A stretch of DNA of 34,603 nucleotides from Candidatus Fervidifonticultor quintus (lineage in GTDB: Bacteria > Sysuimicrobiota > Sysuimicrobiia > Sysuimicrobiales > Humicultoraceae): contig JAVKIJ010000031.1 of assembly GCA_031459535.1 (NCBI GenBank), forward strand, positions 1 to 34,603. Direction: 5' to 3'. The position numbers were made by a program, and so were the translations under genes. Shown in pieces: positions 1 through 8,989 of the stretch; the stretch's first letter is position 1; every line of letters begins with the position of its first letter. The notes beneath the pieces are model-generated. The model was not told the DNA's origin, made no database searches, and was given only the letters and a program-made list of their open reading frames with translations.

Positions 1-1
1 G

Positions 2-1369
2 CTGCTCGTCGCAGCCGTCGGCTGGACTGCGCCCGCGGCTTCGGGCATTCCGGCCGAGCTCGCCGTGGACGTGCTGGTGGTGGGTGGCACGCCGGGAGGT
101 GTCGCCGCGGCCATCGCCGCCGCGCGCCAGGGTGCCAGGGTGCTGCTGGTCGAAGGTAGCCCCTCCCTGGGCGGCGTGCTCACCAGGGCCTGGCTCACCA
201 CGTTCGACGTCAGCATGCGGCCCGATGGCTTTCACGTCGTCCGGGGCATCTTCCTCGAACACTACCGGCGCATGGGCATCTCCTTCGACCGAGACAGCGC
301 CGCAAGGACCATGGGGCAAGCCGTAGTGCGCGAGCGTGGGCTGCGCACCCTGGTCAACGCCCCGATCCGACGGATCATCACCGCCGGGCGGCGCGTCGTC
401 GCCGTCGAGTTCGACGACCTGGCGTGGCACCGGGTTGTGACGGCGCGGCCGGCCCTGGTCATCGACGCCACCGATGACGGTGACGTCGCGGCTGCCGCCG
501 GCGCGCCCTATGTCATCGGCCAAGCGGTCGACCGGACCGACGAACGCTGGATGCAGGCGGCCAGCCTGATCTTCAGGCTGGGTGGTGTGAGCTGGACAGC
601 AGTCTGTGAGGACATCCTGGCCCGGCTGGAAGATGGCGCCGATCGCGGCCAGTGGGGGATCAACGGCCGGGCGGCCTGGGGGTATCCGCAGGAAGCCGCA
701 GGCTATCAGCCGCAGCACCCGGGGGTCGTCCTGTATCCCCTGAACCTGGCCTTGGAGCGGGACGGGACGGTGCTCGTCAACGCGCTCAACATCACGGGCG
801 TCAACGGCCTCGACCCGGCATCGACCGCCCGGGCCACCAGCATCGCCAGAGCCGAGCTGCCGGCGCTGGTGGAGTACCTGCGGGGGGCCGTGCCGGGATT
901 CGAGCATGCGGTCCTGCTGGATCATGCGCCGGAGCTCTACATCCGGGAGACCCGCCACATCGCCGGGCTCTACACCCTCACCGTCGATGACATCCTCTCC
1001 GGCCGCGTCTTCCACGACCGGATCGCCGTGGCGTCGTACCCGGTGGACATCCACCCCTATTACGTGGGGTGGACCAACCCGTATCCCCGTCACGCCATTG
1101 AGTACACGATTCCCTTCCGCGCCATCGTGCCGCAGAATGTGGAGAACCTCCTGCTGGCCACCCGGGCGCTGTCGGCCACCAGCGAGGCGCACGGCTCGGT
1201 GCGGGTGGTGCCCACCATCATGGCCGTGGGGCAGGCGGCCGGCGTGGCCGCGGCGCTCGCCGCCGACCTGGGCCGGACACCCCGCGAGATCGCCGATACC
1301 CCGATGCTGCTTCTGGCGCTCCAGGGTGCGTTGATCGCGCAGGGCGCGTATCTGGGCGGGGGCCCGTAG
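2..1369 (+). CDS. FAD-dependent oxidoreductase (FAD_oxidored family), 5' end outside the window, possibly exported
   Basis: Rossmann motif DVLVVGGTPGGVAAAIAAAR; IDATDDGD, YIRETRHI, YPVDIH, YTIPFRAIVP and RVVPTIMAVGQAAG are typical of this family. The frame is open from base 2 (LLVAAVGWTAPAASG...), which resembles the tail of a signal peptide. Confidence 0.85.
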   Translation: MLVAAVGWTAPAASGIPAELAVDVLVVGGTPGGVAAAIAAARQGARVLLVEGSPSLGGVLTRAWLTTFDVSMRPDGFHVVRGIFLEHYRRMGISFDRDSAARTMGQAVVRERGLRTLVNAPIRRIITAGRRVVAVEFDDLAWHRVVTARPALVIDATDDGDVAAAAGAPYVIGQAVDRTDERWMQAASLIFRLGGVSWTAVCEDILARLEDGADRGQWGINGRAAWGYPQEAAGYQPQHPGVVLYPLNLALERDGTVLVNALNITGVNGLDPASTARATSIARAELPALVEYLRGAVPGFEHAVLLDHAPELYIRETRHIAGLYTLTVDDILSGRVFHDRIAVASYPVDIHPYYVGWTNPYPRHAIEYTIPFRAIVPQNVENLLLATRALSATSEAHGSVRVVPTIMAVGQAAGVAAALAADLGRTPREIADTPMLLLALQGALIAQGAYLGGGP

Positions 1370-1389
1370 GCGTGACCTCGGGGGATTCC

Positions 1390-2331
1390 ATGCGCGTGGC
1401 CGTGTTCGGCGCGGGCAGCGTGGGTGGTTACTTCGGCGGCTGCCTGGCCCGGGCCGGGGTCGAGGTGGCGTTCATCGCACGGGGCGATCACCTCCGGGCG
1501 ATGCTCGCCGACGGCCTGCGGGTCACCAGCCCCAGAGGCGACTTCCACGTGCACCCCGTCCGGGCGACGGATGACCCCGCACAGGTCGGGCCGGTGGATG
1601 TGGTCATTGTCGCCGTGAAGGCCTGGCAGGTCCCCGACGCGGCGCTGGCGATCCGACCGATGCTCGGCCCGCGAACATTCGCGGTTCCCCTGCAGAACGG
1701 CGTGGAAGCGGCCTCACAGCTCGCCGCGGTCCTGGGCGCCGGGCGGGTGGTGGGCGGGTCGTGCCGAATCATCAGCATGATCGCAGGCCCCGGTCACATT
1801 CGCCACGTGGGCATCGAACCCACGGTGGTCATCGGCGAGCTCGACCGCCAGCCCAGCGAGCGCATCGAGCGCCTGCGGCAGGTGCTGGAGCGCGCCGGCG
1901 TGACCACAGAGGTCGCGGCCGACATCCACGTCGCCGTGTGGGAGAAGTTCCTGTTCCTGGCGCCGCTGTCCGGGGTCGGCGCACTGACCCGGGCGCCTGT
2001 GGGGATCGTGCGCTCCGTCCCCCAGACCCGGCAATTGCTTGAGGCCGCTATGCGGGAGATCGTCGCGGTCGGCCGCGCGCATGGGGTGAGGCTCCCAGAC
2101 GATGCCGCGGCGCGCGCGATGGCCGTGATCGAGGCCTCGCCGCCGAAGGGCACGACCTCGATGCAGCGGGACATCATGGCGGGCAAGCCCTCTGAGCTCG
2201 AAGCGCAGAGCGGCGCCGTGGTGAGGCTGGGCCGCGAAGCCGGGGTGCCCACGCCGGTGCACGACTTCATCCACGCGGCGCTGCTGCCCATGGAGATGCG
2301 CGCGCGGGGCCGGCTGGAGTTCTCGGTCTAG
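1390..2331 (+). CDS. panE: 2-dehydropantoate 2-reductase (ketopantoate reductase)
   Basis: MRVAVFGAGSVGGYFG NADPH-binding start; VAVKAW, LQNG, WEKF, TSMQRD and ELEAQSG motifs; GGGGA SD before the ATG at 1390. Confidence 0.9.
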   Translation: MRVAVFGAGSVGGYFGGCLARAGVEVAFIARGDHLRAMLADGLRVTSPRGDFHVHPVRATDDPAQVGPVDVVIVAVKAWQVPDAALAIRPMLGPRTFAVPLQNGVEAASQLAAVLGAGRVVGGSCRIISMIAGPGHIRHVGIEPTVVIGELDRQPSERIERLRQVLERAGVTTEVAADIHVAVWEKFLFLAPLSGVGALTRAPVGIVRSVPQTRQLLEAAMREIVAVGRAHGVRLPDDAAARAMAVIEASPPKGTTSMQRDIMAGKPSELEAQSGAVVRLGREAGVPTPVHDFIHAALLPMEMRARGRLEFSV

Positions 2332-2362
2332 GACGCCCTCGGCCGGCGCGCCGCCAGCTTCG

Positions 2363-2881
2363 TCACGCGTAGAGGGCCCGCAGCGCCTCCAGGGCCTGGC
2401 GGTTGTTGTCAAACGCCAGTGGCTCGGGGACCCCATCCAGCGGGAACCAGACCGCGGCGCTCACGTCACTGCCCGGCCGGACCTCGTCGGTGCCGACCGA
2501 GGCCTCGTAGTAGATGTTCAGGGTGGACTCCCCGGCCTCGCCGTAGCGATCCATGAAGATCCCGACGAGGCGCCCCACCGTGGCCGCGACGCCGAGCTCC
2601 TCGAGGACCTCGCGCCGCAGCGCGGCCTCCGGATGCTCGTCGGGATCGACGAAACCGCCCGGGCAGTCCCACTGGTCCCGGCCCGGAGGCCTCGCGCGCC
2701 GCACCAGGAGTACCTCCACCCGACCCGTGCGGTAGCGCGTGATCAACGCCGACACCGTGGGCTTGGGGTTCTGCCACTCGACGTGCCCGCAACGGGGGCA
2801 GACCGGCTGGGGATGCCGTTCGTCGTCGAGGCGGCGCCACTCCACCGGCCCCGCGCACTGGGTGCAGAACCGGGGCTTCAT
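2363..2881 (-). CDS. NUDIX hydrolase with N-terminal zinc ribbon
   Basis: CTQC...CPRC ribbon; Nudix box PGGFVDPDEHPEAALRREVLEELGV. Confidence 0.9.
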   Translation of the reverse strand: MKPRFCTQCAGPVEWRRLDDERHPQPVCPRCGHVEWQNPKPTVSALITRYRTGRVEVLLVRRARPPGRDQWDCPGGFVDPDEHPEAALRREVLEELGVAATVGRLVGIFMDRYGEAGESTLNIYYEASVGTDEVRPGSDVSAAVWFPLDGVPEPLAFDNNRQALEALRALYA

Positions 2882-2896
2882 CGTGACCCAAAGTCA

Positions 2897-2923
2897 AGCG
2901 CGGCGCGGAGGCCGCGCCGCGCT
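2897..2923 (-). terminator. Probable intrinsic terminator or stabilising hairpin downstream of HU
   Basis: Perfect 12-bp GC stem agcgcggcgcgg / ccgcgccgcgct with a 3-nt loop, 25 nt after the HU stop, followed on the minus strand by TGACTTT (weak U-tract). Confidence 0.65.
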
Positions 2924-2948
2924 GTCCATCACGCCTGGAACCCCACCG

Positions 2949-3236
2949 CTACTTCTTGCCCAGGATGGCGTCCTTCGCTGCCTTGGCGACGCGGAACCGC
3001 ACGACGCGCCGGGCCGGGATCTTGATCGGCTCGCCCGTCTGCGGGTTGCGCCCCATCCGGGCCTTGCGGTTGACCAGCACCAGCTTGCCGAGCCCGGGCA
3101 GGGTGAACGTGTTCTTGGCCTCCCTGTAGGCCAGATTGGCCAGCTCGCTGAGGAACTGGGTGGCGACCTTCTTCGACACCTTGAGCTTCCCGGCGAGATG
3201 GGCAGCGATCTTGGCCTTGCTCATCGCCTTCGCCAT
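2949..3236 (-). CDS. hup: HU family DNA-binding protein
   Basis: LPGLGKL...RKARMGRNPQTGEPIKIPARRVVRFR signature; GGAGGT SD. Confidence 0.95.
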   Translation of the reverse strand: MAKAMSKAKIAAHLAGKLKVSKKVATQFLSELANLAYREAKNTFTLPGLGKLVLVNRKARMGRNPQTGEPIKIPARRVVRFRVAKAAKDAILGKK

Positions 3237-3279
3237 TCACGCACCTCCGCGCAAAGTCTTCGCTGATGGCGTTTCAGCA

Positions 3280-3285
3280 ATTGTA
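3280..3285 (-). promoter_or_regulatory. Candidate -10 element (TACAAT) for HU
   Basis: TACAAT on the minus strand in the AT-richer 67-nt intergenic gap, about 45 nt upstream of the ATG; no convincing -35. Confidence 0.4.
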
Positions 3286-3303
3286 CGGAAATCCCTGCTG
3301 AGT

Positions 3304-3927
3304 CTAGAAGTCAGAGGCGTCGGGCTCGAGCCCACCGAGATGGCAGACGTCGTTGAGCAGGATGACACGGGTGCGGTCCCCCTCGCTGTCCAGGATGTTC
3401 AGGCAGCCCGTGTCCTGACGGATGCGCCAGAAACCGTCGTCGCCCAGTCCCAGGGCCGCGCAGATGAGCAGCTTGTTCACCACCCTGTGGGACACCACCG
3501 CGACCGACGCTTCCTGATGACGGGCGGCGATGCGGGTCAGGGCCGCAACTGCCCGCTGGCGGACCTCGGCCAGCGTCTCTCCTCCAGGAGGCCGAACCAG
3601 GTGCGGCGCCGCCAGCCAGCGCGCGTAGAGGTCAGGAAACTGGGCCGCCACCTGGTCGTGGGGCAGCCCTTCCCACGCGCCGTAGCTCATGTCCACCAGG
3701 CCGTCGGCGGGCTGCGGCAGCGGACCAGGCAGGTGGCGCGCGGTGGCCAGCGCCCGCGACAGCGGGCTGCAGTAGACCGCGGCCAGCGGCTGCCCGGCCA
3801 GGCGGCGGGCCAGCGCCTCAGCCTGCCGGATCCCCACAGAGCTCAGTGGAACATCGGCCCGGCCGCGGAAGATCTGCTGGCGGTTCCACTCGGTCTGCCC
3901 GTGACGGATCAGGAAGATTCTGGCCAC
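3304..3927 (-). CDS. Histidine phosphatase family protein (phosphoglycerate mutase/CobC-like)
   Basis: IFLIRHGQTEWN, CSPLSRA, YGAWEG, GGETL and VVSH motifs. The GTG start at 3927 overlaps the upstream TAG (TAGTG). The longer ORF-track extension is a shadow of the permease gene. Confidence 0.9.
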   Translation of the reverse strand: MARIFLIRHGQTEWNRQQIFRGRADVPLSSVGIRQAEALARRLAGQPLAAVYCSPLSRALATARHLPGPLPQPADGLVDMSYGAWEGLPHDQVAAQFPDLYARWLAAPHLVRPPGGETLAEVRQRAVAALTRIAARHQEASVAVVSHRVVNKLLICAALGLGDDGFWRIRQDTGCLNILDSEGDRTRVILLNDVCHLGGLEPDASDF

Positions 3928-4850
3928 TACAGCAGCAGCCGCCGCTCGCGATCGTAGTTCTTCCCCAGGAAGGCTGGCACCTGAAGCCGCCGGAAGGTGG
4001 GCATCATCACCACCATGGTCGCCAGGTAGGGGAGCATCAGGATGAGCTGATAGGGAATGCCCACACCCGTCACCTGGACGCGGAAGGCCAGCACTTCGAT
4101 CGCAGCAAAGAACAGGGCGCCCACAAAGATCAGGTGCGGGCTCCACCCGCCGAAGAAGGTCAGCGCGATCGCCAGCCAGCCCCGTCCTCGGACGATGCCC
4201 TCTGTGAAGGTCGCCGTGTAGACCATCGGCAGGTAGGCACCGGCCAGCCCCATGAGCATCGACCCGACCATCGTGGTCAGGTAGCGGATCAACGCAACGT
4301 TCACCCCCAGGCTGTCCGCCGCCATGGGGTTCTCCCCGACGGCCTGCAGGGCCATCCCCGGGCCCGTGTGGTAGAGCAGGACATAGAGCACGGCTGATAG
4401 CAACACCGCCGCGTACACGAGAATGTTGTGCCTGAAGAAGATTTCTCCCAGCAGAGGAATCCGCCACAGCCCCGGCACCGGGACAAACCGCAGGGCAGGG
4501 ATCAGCGGCGGGCTCAAGGTGACACCAACCACAAGCCGGTACAGGAGCGTCGACAGCGCCAGACCGATGAAGAACAAGGCCAGGCCGATGACGAACTGGT
4601 CCATCTTGAGGGTCGTCGTGAAGTAGGCCAGGGCGAGGCCGAAGAGTCCGCCCGCGAGCATTGCGAGCGCCATACCCTGCCACAGATTCCCGCCGGAGAG
4701 GTAGGCGCCGAGGAAGCCCACCGAGGCCCCGACCAGCATGATGCCCTCCTGGGACACGCTGAACACGCCGGCCCGCCCGGCCAACATGGTCCCCTGGCTG
4801 GCCAAAACGTAGGGCACCAGCGTCAGCATCACGAGCCGAAAGAAGGTCAC
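3927..4850 (-). CDS. BMP/nucleoside-type ABC transporter permease (BPD_transp_2), second subunit
   Basis: RAGVFSVSQEG, AVGENPMAADSLGVNV, GRGWLAIAL and LPYLAT motifs; many TM segments. Confidence 0.9.
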   Translation of the reverse strand: MTFFRLVMLTLVPYVLASQGTMLAGRAGVFSVSQEGIMLVGASVGFLGAYLSGGNLWQGMALAMLAGGLFGLALAYFTTTLKMDQFVIGLALFFIGLALSTLLYRLVVGVTLSPPLIPALRFVPVPGLWRIPLLGEIFFRHNILVYAAVLLSAVLYVLLYHTGPGMALQAVGENPMAADSLGVNVALIRYLTTMVGSMLMGLAGAYLPMVYTATFTEGIVRGRGWLAIALTFFGGWSPHLIFVGALFFAAIEVLAFRVQVTGVGIPYQLILMLPYLATMVVMMPTFRRLQVPAFLGKNYDRERRLLL

Positions 4851-4869
4851 AGCGGCATCCGTGGCACGG

Positions 4870-5928
4870 TCACCTCCTGCGCACCACGTCCGAGAGCAAC
4901 ACGAAGATCAGGATCAGGCCTTCGACGACAAAGACCACCTCCACCGGAATCATCATGGTGCGCTGCATGGCGCGCGCGCCCACTTCGAGGGCGGCAATGG
5001 CGAACGCCACGAACGGCACGGCCGCCACTTGGCCCCGAGCGATCAGTCCAATCAGGATGCTCAACAAGAGGTAGTTGGACTGCACGCCTTCGATCAACCG
5101 ATGATGCACCCCCGCCACCTCGATAGCGCCCGCCAGCCCGGCCACGGCACCCCCCAGGACCAGCGACAGCAGGAAGATACGGCCGACGGCGATACCGTGC
5201 AGCGCCGCCGCACGGGGGTTCGCTCCGGTGGCGCGCAGCTCGTAGCCGGCCGCAGTATGGTTAATGTAGGCATAGATACCCGCGGCCACGACCAGGGCCA
5301 CGATGAGGCCGGCGTGCAGGGGCGGGCTGGTCACCAGCAGTGGGAAGCGACCGCCGGCGCCGATGGGAATGGTGGTCGGGTGCCCGGCGGAGGCATCGGG
5401 CCAGACCTCGGTGGCCACGTAGTCCATCACCCCGAACGAGACAAAGTTCATCAGCACGGTGGTGAGGATCTCGCTGATGCCAAAGCGGTGGAGGAGCCAG
5501 GCCGGGACGGCTGCCCAGAGGGCACCGAAGAGGATCCCCACCACCAACAGCAGCGGCAGGAGGACAGGGCGTGGGAGGCCGGCCAGCACGATGCCGGCTG
5601 CGGCGGCGCCGACGGCACCCGCGATGAGCTGGCCTTCGCCCCCGATGTTGAATTTCCACGCAGCCAGCGGCACGGCAAATGCCAGCGCCAGCAGGAGCAG
5701 CGGCACGAACTTGAGCAGGGTCTGGGCGAACCCGTTGACGCTCCGAAACGACGTAAAGAGGATGGTCTCGTACGCGCGCAGGACGTCGAACCCCATGGCG
5801 GCCAGGAAGATACCCACAGTCGCAAACGCGATGCCGACGCTGAGCACGTAGGGACCGACGCCCGCGAGCACCCGGGCAGGAAGTCGCCGGTTGGCCAGCG
5901 CCCGCTCAGCCAGGAGTCTCCACCCCAC
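4870..5928 (-). CDS. BMP/nucleoside-type ABC transporter permease, first subunit
   Basis: FNIGGEGQ, EILTTVLMNF and GYELRATGANPRAA motifs. Confidence 0.9.
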   Translation of the reverse strand: MGWRLLAERALANRRLPARVLAGVGPYVLSVGIAFATVGIFLAAMGFDVLRAYETILFTSFRSVNGFAQTLLKFVPLLLLALAFAVPLAAWKFNIGGEGQLIAGAVGAAAAGIVLAGLPRPVLLPLLLVVGILFGALWAAVPAWLLHRFGISEILTTVLMNFVSFGVMDYVATEVWPDASAGHPTTIPIGAGGRFPLLVTSPPLHAGLIVALVVAAGIYAYINHTAAGYELRATGANPRAAALHGIAVGRIFLLSLVLGGAVAGLAGAIEVAGVHHRLIEGVQSNYLLLSILIGLIARGQVAAVPFVAFAIAALEVGARAMQRTMMIPVEVVFVVEGLILIFVLLSDVVRRR

Positions 5929-7477
5929 TCATCAGCCGCCCGATCCTGTAGCGATCGAATGCCCGACGGTCGAACATCCCCACGGTCTTCCCCCGGTGGA
6001 AGACGGCGATGCGGTCGCACAGGAAGAGGAGCTCGTCGAGATCTTCGGAGATCAGGAGGATCGCCACCCCCTGACCTCGGCGCTCCAGGAGCTTGGCGTA
6101 GACGAACTCCGTGGAGGGAACGTCCAGCCCCCGGGTAGGGTTGTGGGCGATCAAGAGACGGCAGGGATGGGAGAAGGCCCGCGCCAGCATCAGCCGCTGG
6201 ATGTTCCCTCCGGAGAGGTTTACAGCGGCCTCCTCGGGACCGGGCGTCCGGATCTGGTACTCTGCGATCATCTGCCGGGCCGCCCCGAACGCAGCCTTCC
6301 AGTCTAACCACCGGCCGCTGGTGTACGGGTGGCGCCGGTGAAAGCCCAGAATGAGGTTCTGGACGACGCTCCCCCTGGGGAGAAACCCGTCGTGCAACCG
6401 GTCCTCCGGAATGTAGGTCACCCCCAGCGCCAGCAACCGCGCGGCCCCGGCCCCCGTCACATCCACATGGTCAACCCACAGCTTCCCGCGGGCCACCGCC
6501 CGCACACCCATCAGGGCTTCCACCAGCTCCCGCTGGCCGTTCCCGGCCACGCCTGCGATGCCCAGAATCTCACCGCCACAGACGTGCAGGGTGCAGTCCT
6601 CCACCCGCGCCCGTTCCCCCGCCATCACCGTGAGACCTTCGACACGCAGCACCATCTCGGTGGACGCGGGAGGACGCGGTTCCGCTCTCCCGCCGGAGAA
6701 CAGCAGGCTCTGCCGCAGATCGAGAGCCTCTCCCACCATGGCCCGCACCAGGGCTTCTTCGGAGGTCTCTTTCCGCACGAGGGTGAGAACGTTGCGTCCC
6801 AGCCGCATGACCGAGATACGGTCGCAGACGTTCATCGCTTCGCGGATCTTGTGGGTGATGAAGACGACGCTGATCCCGCCCCGCACCATCGCCCGCAGGG
6901 ATGCGAACAGGGAGTCCACCTCCTGGGGCGTCAGATTGGTGGTGGGCTCGTCCAGGATCAGAATCCGGGCGCCCCGGTACAGCGTCTTGAGGATCTCGGC
7001 CCGCTGGCGGGCGCCTACGGGCAGCTCCGCCGCCCGCGCGCGTGGGTCCACGTCCAGACCGAACCTCGCTGCGAGCTCCCGGATCCGGCCCTCCGCCTCG
7101 CGGAGGGCCAGGCGCATCCGGCTGTGGGCCGGCATGCCGAGGGTGACATTCTGGGTCACCGTGAAGTTCTCGACCTGCAGGAAGTGTTGGTGCACCATGC
7201 CGATGCCGTGCCCGAGCGCGTCGCGAGGTGAGCGAATGTGGACCGGCCGGCCGTGCAGCACCACTTCTCCAGCATCGGCCCGGTAGAGGCCGTAGAGGAT
7301 GTTCATGAGCGTGGTCTTTCCGGCACCGTTCCCGCCCAGCAGGCCGTGAATCTCCTGCGTCCCCAACTGGAAGGACGCATCGTCAAGGGCGACGACCGAC
7401 CCGAAGGCCTTGCGCACGCCCCGCATCTCCAGGACGGTCTCGGTGCTGCCTGAGCCAGCGGTAGGGAGCGCCGGCAT
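5906..7477 (-). CDS. ABC transporter ATP-binding protein, two-domain CUT2 type
   Basis: Walker A GGNGAGKTT, ILILDEPT; second domain LSGGNIQR and HNPTRGLDV. Confidence 0.95.
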   Translation of the reverse strand: MPALPTAGSGSTETVLEMRGVRKAFGSVVALDDASFQLGTQEIHGLLGGNGAGKTTLMNILYGLYRADAGEVVLHGRPVHIRSPRDALGHGIGMVHQHFLQVENFTVTQNVTLGMPAHSRMRLALREAEGRIRELAARFGLDVDPRARAAELPVGARQRAEILKTLYRGARILILDEPTTNLTPQEVDSLFASLRAMVRGGISVVFITHKIREAMNVCDRISVMRLGRNVLTLVRKETSEEALVRAMVGEALDLRQSLLFSGGRAEPRPPASTEMVLRVEGLTVMAGERARVEDCTLHVCGGEILGIAGVAGNGQRELVEALMGVRAVARGKLWVDHVDVTGAGAARLLALGVTYIPEDRLHDGFLPRGSVVQNLILGFHRRHPYTSGRWLDWKAAFGAARQMIAEYQIRTPGPEEAAVNLSGGNIQRLMLARAFSHPCRLLIAHNPTRGLDVPSTEFVYAKLLERRGQGVAILLISEDLDELLFLCDRIAVFHRGKTVGMFDRRAFDRYRIGRLMSGVETPG

Positions 7478-7485
7478 CGCGCCTG

Positions 7486-8502
7486 CTATCTGATCGGTGT
7501 CGTGTCCTTGACGACCTTGATCTTGCCCGCCACGAGGTCCGCCATCAGCCTGCGCATGGCAACGCTGACCGGCTGGGGCACGTTCCTCAGCGGGAACTGT
7601 AACCCCACGCCGGTGTCGAACCCCAACGGATAGTAGCCGCTGGTCTCGCCACGTCCGACCTTCCGGACAATCGCCCGTAGGGGACCGGCGAAGTCATAGA
7701 GCACCGACGTGACATAATGCTGGGGCGCGAAACTCAGCTTGTCGGTGTACTTGGCCGTCACCCACACCCGGCGAGGCGAGGCCTTCACCGCCTCGAAGAC
7801 GCCCAGCATCCCCAGGTTGAGGGAGCCCATGATCACGTCGGCGCCTTCGGCGATGAGCGCGTCGGTGACCTGGCGCGCTTTGGCCGGGTCGTTGAAATCG
7901 CCGACCCACACCGGTTTGAACTCCACGGGCCGCCGCTGGTCGCGCAGCGCCTGCCGGATGGCATGGACCTCGGAGTACGAGAACGGCAGCGTCAGGCCTC
8001 CCACGTATGCGACCTTCCCGCTCTGGGTGAGCATCGCGGCCAGGGCCCCAATAGGGTAGAAGCCGATGTGGAAGTTGCGGTCGATCACCCACAGGTTCCC
8101 CGGCGGCCGCTCGGCCAGGGGGGCGTCGGCCTCTCCGATGAAGACCACCGTCCTGAACTCCCGGGCGAGCTTTTCCGTCTGGGAAATGAACTGTCCGCCG
8201 TGGGTCCAGATGATGGTGAACTTCAGGTCGACGTACTCCCGCATCACCCGTTCCACGTCTGGTACGGGAACGCTCTCGGAGTACGCCACTTCGATCCCCA
8301 GCTCGCTGCTCACCGACCGCAGGGCCACAAAGCCCAGGGTGTTGTAGTCGGCGTCGGTGACCACGCCCGGGAAGATGCCTGCCACCTTCGGCTTGGCAGC
8401 AGGGGCGGCCCGCAGCTCCGTGGTCATCGGCAGCACCGCCGCCGGGATCATGGCCCCCAGGGCCAGGAAGACTGCGATCAGGCGTACCCGGCGAGTACCC
8501 AT
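7486..8502 (-). CDS. BMP family ABC substrate-binding protein
   Basis: N-terminal signal peptide; DADYN, HGGQF and WVGDFNDPAKAR motifs typical of Bmp/PnrA. The ATG at 8502 fits SD spacing better than 8508. Confidence 0.9.
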   Translation of the reverse strand: MGTRRVRLIAVFLALGAMIPAAVLPMTTELRAAPAAKPKVAGIFPGVVTDADYNTLGFVALRSVSSELGIEVAYSESVPVPDVERVMREYVDLKFTIIWTHGGQFISQTEKLAREFRTVVFIGEADAPLAERPPGNLWVIDRNFHIGFYPIGALAAMLTQSGKVAYVGGLTLPFSYSEVHAIRQALRDQRRPVEFKPVWVGDFNDPAKARQVTDALIAEGADVIMGSLNLGMLGVFEAVKASPRRVWVTAKYTDKLSFAPQHYVTSVLYDFAGPLRAIVRKVGRGETSGYYPLGFDTGVGLQFPLRNVPQPVSVAMRRLMADLVAGKIKVVKDTTPIR

Positions 8503-8589
8503 CCTCATGGCCTCCTTCCCCCCCTCTGGCCAGACCTTTCCCCCTGGCGCGCGCGGCCACCTTCCCGGAGAGTGGCTCGGAATCTGCAG

Positions 8590-8940
8590 CTAGACCGCGA
8601 CCACCTGGTCAGCCCCCAGCAGGAGACCGACGATATCGTTCATGCCACCGACCTCGCCGACAGCCACCTTGTCGCGGAGGTTGAAATACTCCAGGCACGT
8701 GCCGCAGATGACCAGGCGGACGCCGATGCCCTGCAACAGTTGGAGGCCGGGAATCACCGGTGACCCCTCGCAGACAAGTTTGACTCCCTCGGTATAGAAG
8801 CAGATCGCGGATGGTTTGACCGAGGAGGCCTCGAGGGCGTGGAGGAAGCGGTCAAACATCTCCACGCCGAAGGACGCATCGTGTGGATGAAGATGGCCCA
8901 ACCCCGCCTGACGTACGAGCACCACGGTGTTTCGTGCCAA
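8590..8940 (-). CDS. DsrE-fold / YedF-like sulfurtransferase-like protein
   Basis: ICFYTEGVKL, ICGTCLEYF and VAVGEVGGMNDIV match the YedF C-terminal DsrE domain; TTG start after an AAGGAGG SD. Confidence 0.8.
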   Translation of the reverse strand: MARNTVVLVRQAGLGHLHPHDASFGVEMFDRFLHALEASSVKPSAICFYTEGVKLVCEGSPVIPGLQLLQGIGVRLVICGTCLEYFNLRDKVAVGEVGGMNDIVGLLLGADQVVAV

Positions 8941-8989
8941 TGGAGCACCCTCCTTGGTTTGGGCTTGGGTATGCCGGGCGGCACGTGTC

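Noticed and set aside
3270-3300. SigH-like promoter (GCAGGGATTT…GAAA) for HU
   Set aside because: The match is imperfect, the host's sigma repertoire is unknown, and an overlapping TACAAT is a simpler explanation.
3928-4683. 459-aa phosphatase with a long N-terminal extension
   Set aside because: The extension overlaps the permease in another frame and is low-complexity; the real domain starts at 3927.
8509-8589. Purine or other riboswitch upstream of the BMP operon
   Set aside because: Only short GC-rich stems; no conserved riboswitch core recognisable.
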